Below are positions 25,736 to 33,788 of a stretch of DNA of 64,000 bases, in pieces. Position 1 is the first letter of the stretch, and every line of letters starts with the position of its first letter. Under the pieces are notes generated by a model that did no database searches, was not told where the DNA came from, and saw nothing but the letters and a program-made list of their open reading frames with translations. The stretch comes from Erysipelotrichaceae bacterium. Lineage in GTDB: Bacteria; Bacillota_I; Bacilli_A; RFN20; CAG-826. The translations under genes were made by a program, and so were the position numbers. Location: positions 11,622 through 75,621 of the forward strand of contig CAVAGB010000008.1 of NCBI GenBank assembly GCA_963588055.1, written 5' to 3'.

Positions 25736-26497
25736 TTATAGAATTCCTAATTTGGTTAACGCTTGCTTGGTCCCTTCTACGACGCTCGCGCTTGGGTCGA
25801 GGGCAAACACCGATTTGCCTTCGACGTCGGAGAGCATCATCTCCTTGTCGTCAGGGATCACGCTTAAGAGGTTAAGCGAAGCAAGGTCGAGTTTGCTGAC
25901 GTCCACGTTCTCGTTCACGCGGTTGAGGATCAAGCCGTCGGTCTCATACATCACGAGCTCTCCGGCGACTTTCTTGATGGTCTTCGTGACTTCGATGCCT
26001 TTCTTCGAGGCGTCGCTAACCAAGACCAGATGGGTCACTTTCTCCATCACCCTGCGGTTCACCTGCTCGATTCCCGCTTCCCCGTCGATGACGACGTAGT
26101 CGAAGCTGTTCGCGAGGAGGCTGATGACTTCCTTGAGGTAGGCGTTCACTTTGCAGTAGCATCCGCTGGCCTCCGGGCGCCCGATCGCGAGGAAGGAGAT
26201 GTTCTCTATCTCCACTAAGGCGTCGAATATCTGGTATTTGGCCTCGGAGAGGATCTCCAGGGCGGCTTTGGATTCTCCGCTTTCTACGTGCTCTATGAAG
26301 AGCTTGCGGATGTCGTCGACCGTCGAGCCCGAATCCACCCCCAATGCGGTGGCTAGCCCAATGGCTGGGTCGGCGTCGATCGCTAGGATCTTTTTGTCCG
26401 GGTGCGCTTCATGGAGAAGACGCACGCTCAAGGCGGAGATTGAGGTTTTGCCCACGCCCCCTTTTCCGCAGAAGGCGAGGATGATTGGCTTTCCCAT
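25736..26497 (-). CDS. cooC: CooC-type Ni-insertion ATPase (MinD/ParA class)
   Basis: ILAFCGKGGVGKTSIS deviant Walker A, AIDADP, and GRPEASGCYCKVNAYL carrying the CooC-type C-x-C metal motif. Confidence 0.75.
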   Translation of the reverse strand: MGKPIILAFCGKGGVGKTSISALSVRLLHEAHPDKKILAIDADPAIGLATALGVDSGSTVDDIRKLFIEHVESGESKAALEILSEAKYQIFDALVEIENISFLAIGRPEASGCYCKVNAYLKEVISLLANSFDYVVIDGEAGIEQVNRRVMEKVTHLVLVSDASKKGIEVTKTIKKVAGELVMYETDGLILNRVNENVDVSKLDLASLNLLSVIPDDKEMMLSDVEGKSVFALDPSASVVEGTKQALTKLGIL

Positions 26498-26498
26498 C

Positions 26499-26693
26499 TT
26501 ATTTCCCTTCCGTGTCGACGATCACGAACCCATCGACTAGGTTCGCCTGGGCGAGTCTGCCTTTGACTTCCATTTTCCTCTCCATGAGGTCGGTCAAAGT
26601 CAAAAGGCCTTCGCTGGATTCGATGCGCATCACGTTGCGCATGAGGACGTTCTTCTCGTCCTTCTTGTTTTTATAGACGATGGATAGGCACAT
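26499..26693 (-). CDS. cooT: CooT-family Ni-binding protein
   Basis: 64 aa starting MC (Cys2). Pattern MCLSIVYKNKKDEKNVLMRNVMRIE..G.LTLTDLMERKMEVKGRLAQANLVDGFVIV matches the CooT fold family as remembered. Confidence 0.7.
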   Translation of the reverse strand: MCLSIVYKNKKDEKNVLMRNVMRIESSEGLLTLTDLMERKMEVKGRLAQANLVDGFVIVDTEGK

Positions 26694-26697
26694 AAGG

Positions 26698-26904
26698 TTA
26701 TTTGGATAGCTCCTTAAGGGCCTCGCTTAAGGCGGCGTTGCCTTTCTCGAAGTCGCTTATCGCGTCTTTGACTTTCTTATAAGCGGCTTCGTCTACCCCT
26801 TTCAAAGAGGAGGCGAGCTCCTCGAGTTCCCCGTTATGGTGCTCGTTGTGGTGGATCATGTAGTTTATGAGAGCAGTCAGCTCCTTGATGTCGTGGGCTT
26901 CCAT
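26698..26904 (-). CDS. 68-aa helical protein with His cluster (HHNEHH), putative metal binder
   Basis: MEAHDIKELTALINYMIHHNEHHNGELEEL... No SD seen. First gene of the operon. A CooJ-like role is inference only. Confidence 0.45.
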   Translation of the reverse strand: MEAHDIKELTALINYMIHHNEHHNGELEELASSLKGVDEAAYKKVKDAISDFEKGNAALSEALKELSK

Positions 26905-26911
26905 ATCGGTA

Positions 26912-26931
26912 ATCGATAAATATTTATTGAT
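26912..26931. promoter_or_regulatory. 20-bp near-perfect palindrome ATCGATAAATATTTATTGAT, candidate operator
   Basis: 9/10 symmetric half-sites, 8-27 nt upstream of ATG 26904. A TetR gene lies immediately upstream on the same strand. Confidence 0.5.
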
Positions 26932-27072
26932 ATAAAATACACCAAAGTGCCCATCATATCAATCAAATCTTGCCGAATTTACATGCAGGGAGGCGCTTTT
27001 CGCGGAGGAATTCCCGAAACGGCGCAAGCAAAGGCGGAGAGGCAAAAGAAAAGAGGGTTCACGCCCCTCTCT

Positions 27073-27678
27073 TCAATTGCCCTTCTTCGCGTCCGTTTGC
27101 CATTTCGGATAAACGAGCTGCAGAATGAGCGAGGATATCTGCTCTGCCTCTTCCTTGCATCCCCCTCCCACCCAATTTCCGACCAAGGCGACGATGCCGT
27201 TTAGGTAGTAGGACGCCACATAGGCCCTCTCCCATTCGGGGAGGCCGTAGATCTCCATGATTGGAGATAGGTAGTTATGGAAGATGAAGTCGTATTCTTC
27301 TTTGGAGCGGAAGAGCTCAGGCTTGCTCTTGGCGAGGACAAAGACCTTCCTGTTCTCCTTGACGAAGGAGAGGTAGGGCTTCATGTAACGCTCGGAGATG
27401 AGAGACACGCCGTTCCTCTCCCCTTTGGATATCGCCTTGTCGAGCTCCCCGTTATCCCCAAAGGACATATAGAAACCCTTGAGGACGCGGTTAACCGTCT
27501 CCTTTAATAGATCGTCCATGCTCTCGTAATGGAGATAGAAGGTCGAGCGGTTCACCCCGGCCTTCTTGCAGAGCTCTTTGACGGAGATATAGGCGTAGCC
27601 TTTCTTGTCCAGCAATTCGATGAGGGCCTCGTCCGTCAGCTCCGCGGTGTGGAAGTATTTACTCTCGTGTTTGTCCAT
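27073..27678 (-). CDS. TetR/AcrR-family transcriptional regulator
   Basis: HTH ISVKELCKKAGVNRSTFYLHYESMDDLL. ATG 27678 preferred to TTG 27699. Confidence 0.8.
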   Translation of the reverse strand: MDKHESKYFHTAELTDEALIELLDKKGYAYISVKELCKKAGVNRSTFYLHYESMDDLLKETVNRVLKGFYMSFGDNGELDKAISKGERNGVSLISERYMKPYLSFVKENRKVFVLAKSKPELFRSKEEYDFIFHNYLSPIMEIYGLPEWERAYVASYYLNGIVALVGNWVGGGCKEEAEQISSLILQLVYPKWQTDAKKGN

Positions 27679-28027
27679 CGCTGGCGATTTCGTTGGCAAG
27701 GGTGATTATATCAAAAGCGTACTTCTCTTTTCCTTTGGCGAGCATCTTCTTATATATAAGGTAATTGAGCCCCATCAAGGCGATGGCGATGACGCCGATC
27801 GCGATGCCGACGATTTTCCAGACGACTCCGATATCCCCAAAGACCTCCATCGAAAGGCACATGCTGAAGCCTAAGGCCAAGGCGGCGAACGAACCGAAAC
27901 TATAGGCGAAGACGATCGCGGGTAATTTGGCTTTGCGGTCGAGCTTTCTCAAAGCGATCACTTTCGAATCGTCTTTCTTCGCATACTCCTTGGCGATTGA
28001 TTCAGCGTAGATTTTGTCGGTATCCAT
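27659..28027 (-). CDS. small membrane protein (2 TM), co-transcribed with TetR
   Basis: ATG 28027 with AGGAGG SD replaces the track start 28141. MDTDKIYAESIAKEYAKKDD... followed by two hydrophobic helices. Overlaps the TetR start by 20 nt. Confidence 0.5.
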   Translation of the reverse strand: MDTDKIYAESIAKEYAKKDDSKVIALRKLDRKAKLPAIVFAYSFGSFAALALGFSMCLSMEVFGDIGVVWKIVGIAIGVIAIALMGLNYLIYKKMLAKGKEKYAFDIITLANEIASDGQTRE

Positions 28028-28182
28028 TCTCTTTTTCCTCCTGGATTGAACGCCAAAATCATAAAAAGAAGAGGAAACGCGTCGAACGACACGGGTTATA
28101 GAAAAAGTTGATTTGTGAATAATCGCGATGAGATGCAGCAAAAATAACCGCCTCCCTATATAAAGTAACGCTTTTTTATTTT

Positions 28183-28225
28183 TTGTAAACTTTTTTGTTT
28201 ACAAAGAAATTCTTTTTGTTACAAT
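28183..28225 (+). promoter_or_regulatory. sigmaA-type promoter (-35 TTTACA 28198-203, 16-nt spacer, -10 TACAAT 28220-225) overlapped by inverted repeat TTGTAAAC-N6-GTTTACAA
   Basis: Read directly. A third half-site-like TTGTTACAA lies at 28216-28224. Sits in the divergent region between the TetR operon and the YugP-like gene. Confidence 0.55.
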
Positions 28226-28254
28226 TTAACCGTCCTGAAAAGGAAGGTAGGTTT

Positions 28255-29067
28255 ATGGATAAAATCGTTTCGGCAATCAGGCAGGGGCTCAATATGCCAG
28301 CGGGCACTTCCGACTTCGTGATCATCGCGATGTTCATCGTCGGCTGCCTGCTCGTCGTCGCTTCCATCGTTGCCTTAGGCATCTCGATCTTCCTCGCGAT
28401 CTCGTATGTGCGTTACAACAGAAAGCAAAACAGCGCGGGTAAGACGGGTGAGCAAATCGCGAGGGGCATCCTCGACAAGAACGGCTTAGACAACATCAAG
28501 GTCTCCAAAAACGGATCGATCCTCTTCGGGAACAGCTACAGCCACTACTTCAAGAAGGTCCGCCTAAGAAGACTCACTTGGAAGAAAACGAGCGTGAGCT
28601 CATTGGCGATGGCGACCCAAAAATCCTCCTTGGCCGTGATGGACAAGGAAAACGATCCCGCGATGAAGCTTCAAATTCGCCTCACCCCCTTCATCTACTT
28701 CGGCCCTCTGGCCTTCGTTCCTCTTGTCCTCGTCGGCATCTTGATCGACTTCTTCCTCATCCACTCCTCCAATTACATCCTCACCTTCGTCCTTACGGGC
28801 GTCGGACTAGCCTTCTATATCCTCTCCTTCATCTTCTCCATCCTTGTCTTGAAGACGGAGAAGAAAGCCCAGGAGAAAGCCTTGGTCCTAATGAAGGAAG
28901 AGAATCTAGCGACGGAAGAGGAAATCGGGATGTGTAAAAAGCTCTTCCGCCTCTACAACATCGAGTACATCAACAACATGGTCATCGCCTTGCTGGAGGC
29001 CATCTACAGGGTCCTCCAAATCGTGGGATACGCCCAAGGCGCATCGGCATCAAGCTCAAGCGACTAA
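28255..29067 (+). CDS. YugP/Zn_peptidase_2-like membrane protein lacking the HExxH motif
   Basis: ATG 28255 with AAGGAAGG SD. GEQIARGILDKNGLDNIKV and VRLRRL align with the YugP family, but the position of AAHEVGHAIQ reads LAMATQKSSLAV. C-terminal TM helices. Confidence 0.55.
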   Translation: MDKIVSAIRQGLNMPAGTSDFVIIAMFIVGCLLVVASIVALGISIFLAISYVRYNRKQNSAGKTGEQIARGILDKNGLDNIKVSKNGSILFGNSYSHYFKKVRLRRLTWKKTSVSSLAMATQKSSLAVMDKENDPAMKLQIRLTPFIYFGPLAFVPLVLVGILIDFFLIHSSNYILTFVLTGVGLAFYILSFIFSILVLKTEKKAQEKALVLMKEENLATEEEIGMCKKLFRLYNIEYINNMVIALLEAIYRVLQIVGYAQGASASSSSD

Positions 29068-29073
29068 AGCCAA

Positions 29074-29103
29074 AGAAGCGTCAAAAACCGCTTCTTTTTT
29101 TGT
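29074..29103 (+). terminator. rho-independent terminator
   Basis: AGAAGCG (29074-80) pairs with CGCTTCT (29089-95), followed by a T8 run. Confidence 0.75.
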
Positions 29104-29197
29104 TGATAATGGGTTTTTGCGGAGATTTTAAAAACGCCTTCCCCTTAAAGTGGGCTTCAAGGTTACAATGTTTCTAACTAGAAAAAGGAGCAACGCC

Positions 29198-30307
29198 ATG
29201 GACAGAATCAAAAAGAACTTCGGCTTCGGCTGCATGCGCCTGCCGATGAAGGGCGACAAAGTCGATTTAGAAGAAACGAAAAGGATGGTCGATGCCTTCT
29301 TGGATGCTGGCTTCAATTATTTCGACACGGCCCATGGCTACATCTCCGGCCAAAGCGAGACCGCCTTGAAGGAATGCCTCACCTCAAGGTATCCTCGTGA
29401 CCGTTATATTTTGACCAACAAACTCTCCTCCCCTTATTTCCACAAGGAGGAAGACATCCGACCCTTCTTCGAGGAACAGCTGAAGGCCTGCGGGGTGGAC
29501 TATTTCGATTTCTACCTCATGCACGCGCAGGGGTCTTCAAACTATGAGCAATACCAATCCTGCCACGCTTACGAGGTCGGGAAGAAACTGAAGGAAGAGG
29601 GGAAGATCCGCCACCTAGGCATCTCCTTCCACGACACCGCCGAATTCCTTGAGAGGATTCTCCTCGATCATCCCGAGGTGGAGGTCGTGCAGATCCAGTT
29701 CAACTACCTCGATTACGACGACCCGTCCGTCCAAAGCAAAAAGGTCTATGAGGTTTGCCGCAAATACAACAAACCCGTCATCGTGATGGAACCCGTCAAA
29801 GGAGGCAATCTCGTCAACTTGCCAGAGGAAGCAAAAGCAATCTTTGATGGTCTCCATGGTGGTAGCCCCGCCTCCTATGCCCTTCGCTTCGCCGCAGGCT
29901 TCCCCGGGATGATGATGGTGCTATCAGGTATGAGCAACCTCACCCAGATGGAAGACAACATCTCCTTCATGAAGGATTTCAAGAAGCTAGACCAGAAAGA
30001 AGAGGAAGCCATAGAAACGGTCCGCAAGATCTTCCTCTCAAAGCACTTGATCCCCTGCACCGCCTGCCGCTATTGCGTCGAAGGCTGCCCCAAGCACATC
30101 TCGATTCCCGATCTTTTCGCCACCATGAACGCGAAAGAGGCCTATCACGACTGGAACGCGGACTATTACTACCATTACGTCCACACGAAGGGCAAAGGGA
30201 AAGCCTCCGAGTGCCTCAAATGCGGGAAGTGCGAGAAGATATGCCCTCAGCACCTGCCTATCCGCGAGCTTTTGGTGAAAGTGGCGGAGACCTTCGAAAG
30301 CAAATAA
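29198..30307 (+). CDS. aldo/keto reductase with C-terminal 4Fe-4S ferredoxin-type domain (COG1453 type)
   Basis: ATG 29198 with AAAGGAG SD. FGFGCMRLP, FDTAHGY and C-terminal CTACRYCVEGCP...CLKCGKCEKICP. Confidence 0.8.
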   Translation: MDRIKKNFGFGCMRLPMKGDKVDLEETKRMVDAFLDAGFNYFDTAHGYISGQSETALKECLTSRYPRDRYILTNKLSSPYFHKEEDIRPFFEEQLKACGVDYFDFYLMHAQGSSNYEQYQSCHAYEVGKKLKEEGKIRHLGISFHDTAEFLERILLDHPEVEVVQIQFNYLDYDDPSVQSKKVYEVCRKYNKPVIVMEPVKGGNLVNLPEEAKAIFDGLHGGSPASYALRFAAGFPGMMMVLSGMSNLTQMEDNISFMKDFKKLDQKEEEAIETVRKIFLSKHLIPCTACRYCVEGCPKHISIPDLFATMNAKEAYHDWNADYYYHYVHTKGKGKASECLKCGKCEKICPQHLPIRELLVKVAETFESK

Positions 30308-30511
30308 GCGCATTGCCCTTTCGTTCCGTTCAAACTGCCCGCTTTAAGTTGTGCCCTTCTTGTTTCACTTTCTTTTGGTTCTAGCCATTAGATTCAAAAA
30401 ATCTGCAAAACCCAACTGATTTGCCCTTTGTTATGCAAATATGAGAGCAATCGCCACATCTTTTTCGGCCCCTGTAAAGGAAACGAAAAGAGACACCAAA
30501 CGCTGCGTATA

Positions 30512-30545
30512 TCAATATTTCGGTAAAACTTCACCGAAATATTGA
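30512..30545. promoter_or_regulatory. perfect 13-bp inverted repeat TCAATATTTCGGT-N8-ACCGAAATATTGA, candidate TetR operator
   Basis: Read directly. Lies 58-91 nt upstream of the TetR start at 30603. Confidence 0.6.
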
Positions 30546-30602
30546 AGCATGTTGATGCCTGACTATAATCTTCGTGAACGTGTTCATTAAGAAAGGATGA
30601 AT

Positions 30603-31148
30603 ATGCCGAAGATCTTCAAGGACGCCAAAAAGCACATCTTGGACGTTTCTAGGGGAATCATTGCGGAGAAGGGTTTTAATGCCCTTACGATGCGCGACGT
30701 CGCCGCGCAAAGTGGGTATGGCGTTGGGACTATCTACAATTACTTTCCGAACAAGCTCTCCATCTTAGTCGCCCTGCTTCTTGAGGAATGGCAAAACGAC
30801 GAGAAAGAATTGAAGAAGAAGATCGAGAGTTCTTCTTGCTTCCGCGAGGCGATTCAAGCGATCTACGAGGAGATATCCTCTTTCTTCGCCGCCCATCGCG
30901 AGCTTTTCTTTTCCATCAACATCCCCTCTTCCATCAGAGGCAAACTGCAGAACGGCCACGAGATTTTCCTTCGCACGATCGAAGGATACGTCTCCTCCAG
31001 CCAATCTCGCTTCGGCCTCTCTTGCAAGGAGAACCCTAGGCGAGCCGCCTGCATCTTGCTGATTCAGGCCCCGAGCATCTACGGGACTCCTTTTGAAGAC
31101 GTTTACGCTTCGTTAGAGAAATTGCTTACAGGAGGAAATAACAGATGA
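30603..31148 (+). CDS. TetR-family transcriptional regulator
   Basis: HTH FNALTMRDVAAQSGYGVGTIYNYFPNK. ATG 30603 has better SD spacing than 30597. Confidence 0.8.
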   Translation: MPKIFKDAKKHILDVSRGIIAEKGFNALTMRDVAAQSGYGVGTIYNYFPNKLSILVALLLEEWQNDEKELKKKIESSSCFREAIQAIYEEISSFFAAHRELFFSINIPSSIRGKLQNGHEIFLRTIEGYVSSSQSRFGLSCKENPRRAACILLIQAPSIYGTPFEDVYASLEKLLTGGNNR

Positions 31149-32077
31149 GCAGTTTTAAGACTTTGGAACCAAAGGACAACTTCTATCAAACGTCCCTTTT
31201 CTTCCCCATGCCGGTCGTGATGATCGGCACCTTGGCCGATAACGGTCAGACGAGTTTGGGTCCCTATTCCCTTCTCGCCCCTTATTACATCGCCGGCAAA
31301 GGCTATTACGCGATGATCCTCGAGTGCCGCAACTCCTCGAACACCGCGCAGAACATCCTCAAAACGGGCAAGTGCTCCATCAACTTCTTCCCCGACGACA
31401 AGAAACTCTTCAAGGAAGCGGTCCGCATGGGCTGGCCGGGCGACACAACCGAAGAGAAGATGAAGAACTGCATCTTCGAGCTTGAAGATGGCGAGATGGC
31501 TAAAGAACATCCCGATCAGAAATTCCCGAAGGTCGTGAAGCAGTCCTTCCAAGTCATCGAATGCACTTGGATGAAGGAACTCGACAACGCCCAAGACGAC
31601 AAGCCCGGCGAGCTCAACGGCTATCCCGAGCCCTATCATGATTTCAACGGCATCACCTCGAAATTCGGGGCCCACTTCATCCTCAGAATCGACAAGATCC
31701 TGATGAAAGAGAAGTATTACAACACCATCGTCAACGGCGTCACCGCGAGCGGCTTCCCGCGCGTACCCGTGGATTATGGTTACCGGGATTCGAAGAATTT
31801 CTGGTGCTCCAAATTCAAGAAGCCTCGTCCGGAATTGCTTCCGATGAGGGAGACCTCCGTCTCCAGCGTCCGCTATGCCGCCGACCGAATCCAGACCGAT
31901 GTCAAATTCACCGACGACGCGCTTGCTTGCCTCGTCAAAGTCCCGCGCATCTTCCTCCCAACCGCCTTGAAGGGCTGCATCAAGTGGGCCGAGGAGCATA
32001 ACGTCAAGCTCCTCACCGCGAAGGAAATGGCGATCATCAACGACAAGCGCGCGAAAGAGAAAGGCAAGGACAAATAA
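31145..32077 (+). CDS. flavin-reductase-like (FMN-binding split-barrel) protein, tentative
   Basis: FFPMPVVMIGTLADNGQTSLGPYSL...SINFFPDD pattern. ATGA overlap with the TetR stop. Confidence 0.45.
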   Translation: MSSFKTLEPKDNFYQTSLFFPMPVVMIGTLADNGQTSLGPYSLLAPYYIAGKGYYAMILECRNSSNTAQNILKTGKCSINFFPDDKKLFKEAVRMGWPGDTTEEKMKNCIFELEDGEMAKEHPDQKFPKVVKQSFQVIECTWMKELDNAQDDKPGELNGYPEPYHDFNGITSKFGAHFILRIDKILMKEKYYNTIVNGVTASGFPRVPVDYGYRDSKNFWCSKFKKPRPELLPMRETSVSSVRYAADRIQTDVKFTDDALACLVKVPRIFLPTALKGCIKWAEEHNVKLLTAKEMAIINDKRAKEKGKDK

Positions 32078-32078
32078 G

Positions 32079-32936
32079 ATGAAAGTCGTCTTAGCAGGCG
32101 CTTTCGGGAACCTTGGAAGCGACATCCTCCGCCAGCTCATCGCCAATGGCAACGAAGTCGTCGCCCTCGATATGGCGGAGAAAGACATCCCCGAGTGCAA
32201 GGGGAAATACGAATTCCACTCCATCGACGTCACGAAGAAAGAGACTTTGGAAGGAACATGCGAGGGCGCAGACGTCGTCATAACGACCGTCGGCTTGGTC
32301 AGAGCCTCCCAAACCCTCACGAACTACGACATCGACCTCAACGGCAATCTCAATCTCCTCGAGGAAGCCAAGAAGGCCGGGGTCAAGAAGTTCGTCTACG
32401 TTTCCGTCATCAAATGCGATACGGACCCCTCCGTCCCGATGCTTGAAGCGAAGCATCAATTCGAAGAGAAGCTCAAAGAGAGCGGACTCGATTACATCAT
32501 CGTCCGCCCCACCGGCTATTTCTACGACATCGCCAAGGTCTTCATGCCGATGATCGAGAAGGGCAAAGTCACCCTCCTTGGGAGGAAAGACTATCCCTGC
32601 AACGTCATCGACACGACCGACCTCGCCGATTTCATCATCGCCCACCTAAACGAGCAGAACAAAACCTACAACGTCGGAGGGCAAGAGACCTATACCTACA
32701 AGGAGATCGCGGGCATGTTCTTCGCTGCCGCGGGCAAAAAAGCCAAGGTCTCGCGCGCGCCCGTCTTCCTTTTCGATCTGATCATCAAGAAAGCCGAGAA
32801 GGCGAATAACGGCAAAGCCTCGATCATCCGCTTCTCCAAATGGACGCTCACCCATGACCTCGTGGGGAACGACAAATGGGGCAAACTTTCCTTCAAGGAA
32901 TACATCGGCAAGCTTTACGCGAAGGAGGGCAAATGA
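32079..32936 (+). CDS. NAD(P)H-binding NmrA/atypical-SDR protein
   Basis: MKVVLAGAFGNLGSDILRQL Rossmann motif. VRPTGYF. Confidence 0.7.
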   Translation: MKVVLAGAFGNLGSDILRQLIANGNEVVALDMAEKDIPECKGKYEFHSIDVTKKETLEGTCEGADVVITTVGLVRASQTLTNYDIDLNGNLNLLEEAKKAGVKKFVYVSVIKCDTDPSVPMLEAKHQFEEKLKESGLDYIIVRPTGYFYDIAKVFMPMIEKGKVTLLGRKDYPCNVIDTTDLADFIIAHLNEQNKTYNVGGQETYTYKEIAGMFFAAAGKKAKVSRAPVFLFDLIIKKAEKANNGKASIIRFSKWTLTHDLVGNDKWGKLSFKEYIGKLYAKEGK

Positions 32937-33787
32937 TGGATCCCGTGGCACTCATCTGGATCGTCACGGGCATCTTGGCCGGCGTGGCCGCCCTCCTCAG
33001 CGCGGTCGGCTTCTATAAGTTCGTCTACTTCCTTAACGTGGGCTATGGCTTTGCCGTTGCAGGCATCGCCATTGCCACCGCGGTGATGTCCTTAGTTGGC
33101 TTCATTCCATCTATTGGCATCTGCGAGTACGTTCTTCTTGTCTTGCTCCTTCTTTATGGGGCTAGGCTCTCGGGCTTTTTGCTCTACCGCGACATAAAAA
33201 GCGCCTCCTACAAAAAGGCGGTCAGCAACGCCAACGCCGCCACGGACAAGAAGATGCCCATCTTCGTCAAAATCACCATCTGGCTTTCCGTCGTCGTCCT
33301 TTACGTCGCCGAGACTTCTCCAGTCGCCTATCGCGCGATTCAAGGAAGCGTCTATTCCTCAACGAACAGCGTCTTGGATTTGATCTTTCCAATCGTTGGC
33401 GCCGTCATCATGGCGACCGCGCTCACCATCGAAACCTTGGCCGACCATCAGAAGTCCCAAGCAAAGAAGGTGAACCCCCGCCGCTTCGTGGACACCGGGC
33501 TATATCGCTACGTCCGCTGCCCGAATTACCTGGGCGAGATCCTGTTTTGGACCGGCGTCTTCGTTTCCGGGATCAACGTCTACACCTATTGGTGGCAATG
33601 GGTCATCGCGATCTTCGGCTATCTTTGCCTGATTTACGTCATGCTCTCCGGAGCAAAGCGCCTAGATAAAAGGCAAACGAAAAATTACGGCGAGGACCCC
33701 GAGTTCCAGGCTTACGTCAAGAAGACGCCAATCTTGATGCGCCTTATCCCCGTCAAATCCTTGAAGGATTGGAAATGGATCGTCTGA
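32933..33787 (+). CDS. DUF1295 / steroid-5-alpha-reductase-like membrane protein
   Basis: ATG 32933 with GGAGGG SD and ATGA overlap. FVDTGLYRYVRCPNYLGEILFWTGVF. Confidence 0.65.
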   Translation: MMDPVALIWIVTGILAGVAALLSAVGFYKFVYFLNVGYGFAVAGIAIATAVMSLVGFIPSIGICEYVLLVLLLLYGARLSGFLLYRDIKSASYKKAVSNANAATDKKMPIFVKITIWLSVVVLYVAETSPVAYRAIQGSVYSSTNSVLDLIFPIVGAVIMATALTIETLADHQKSQAKKVNPRRFVDTGLYRYVRCPNYLGEILFWTGVFVSGINVYTYWWQWVIAIFGYLCLIYVMLSGAKRLDKRQTKNYGEDPEFQAYVKKTPILMRLIPVKSLKDWKWIV

Positions 33788-33788
33788 T

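Noticed and set aside
31103-32320. 405-aa minus-strand ORF spanning the flavin-reductase-like and NmrA-like genes
   Set aside because: It crosses two well-supported plus-strand genes, is low-complexity, and has no start context.
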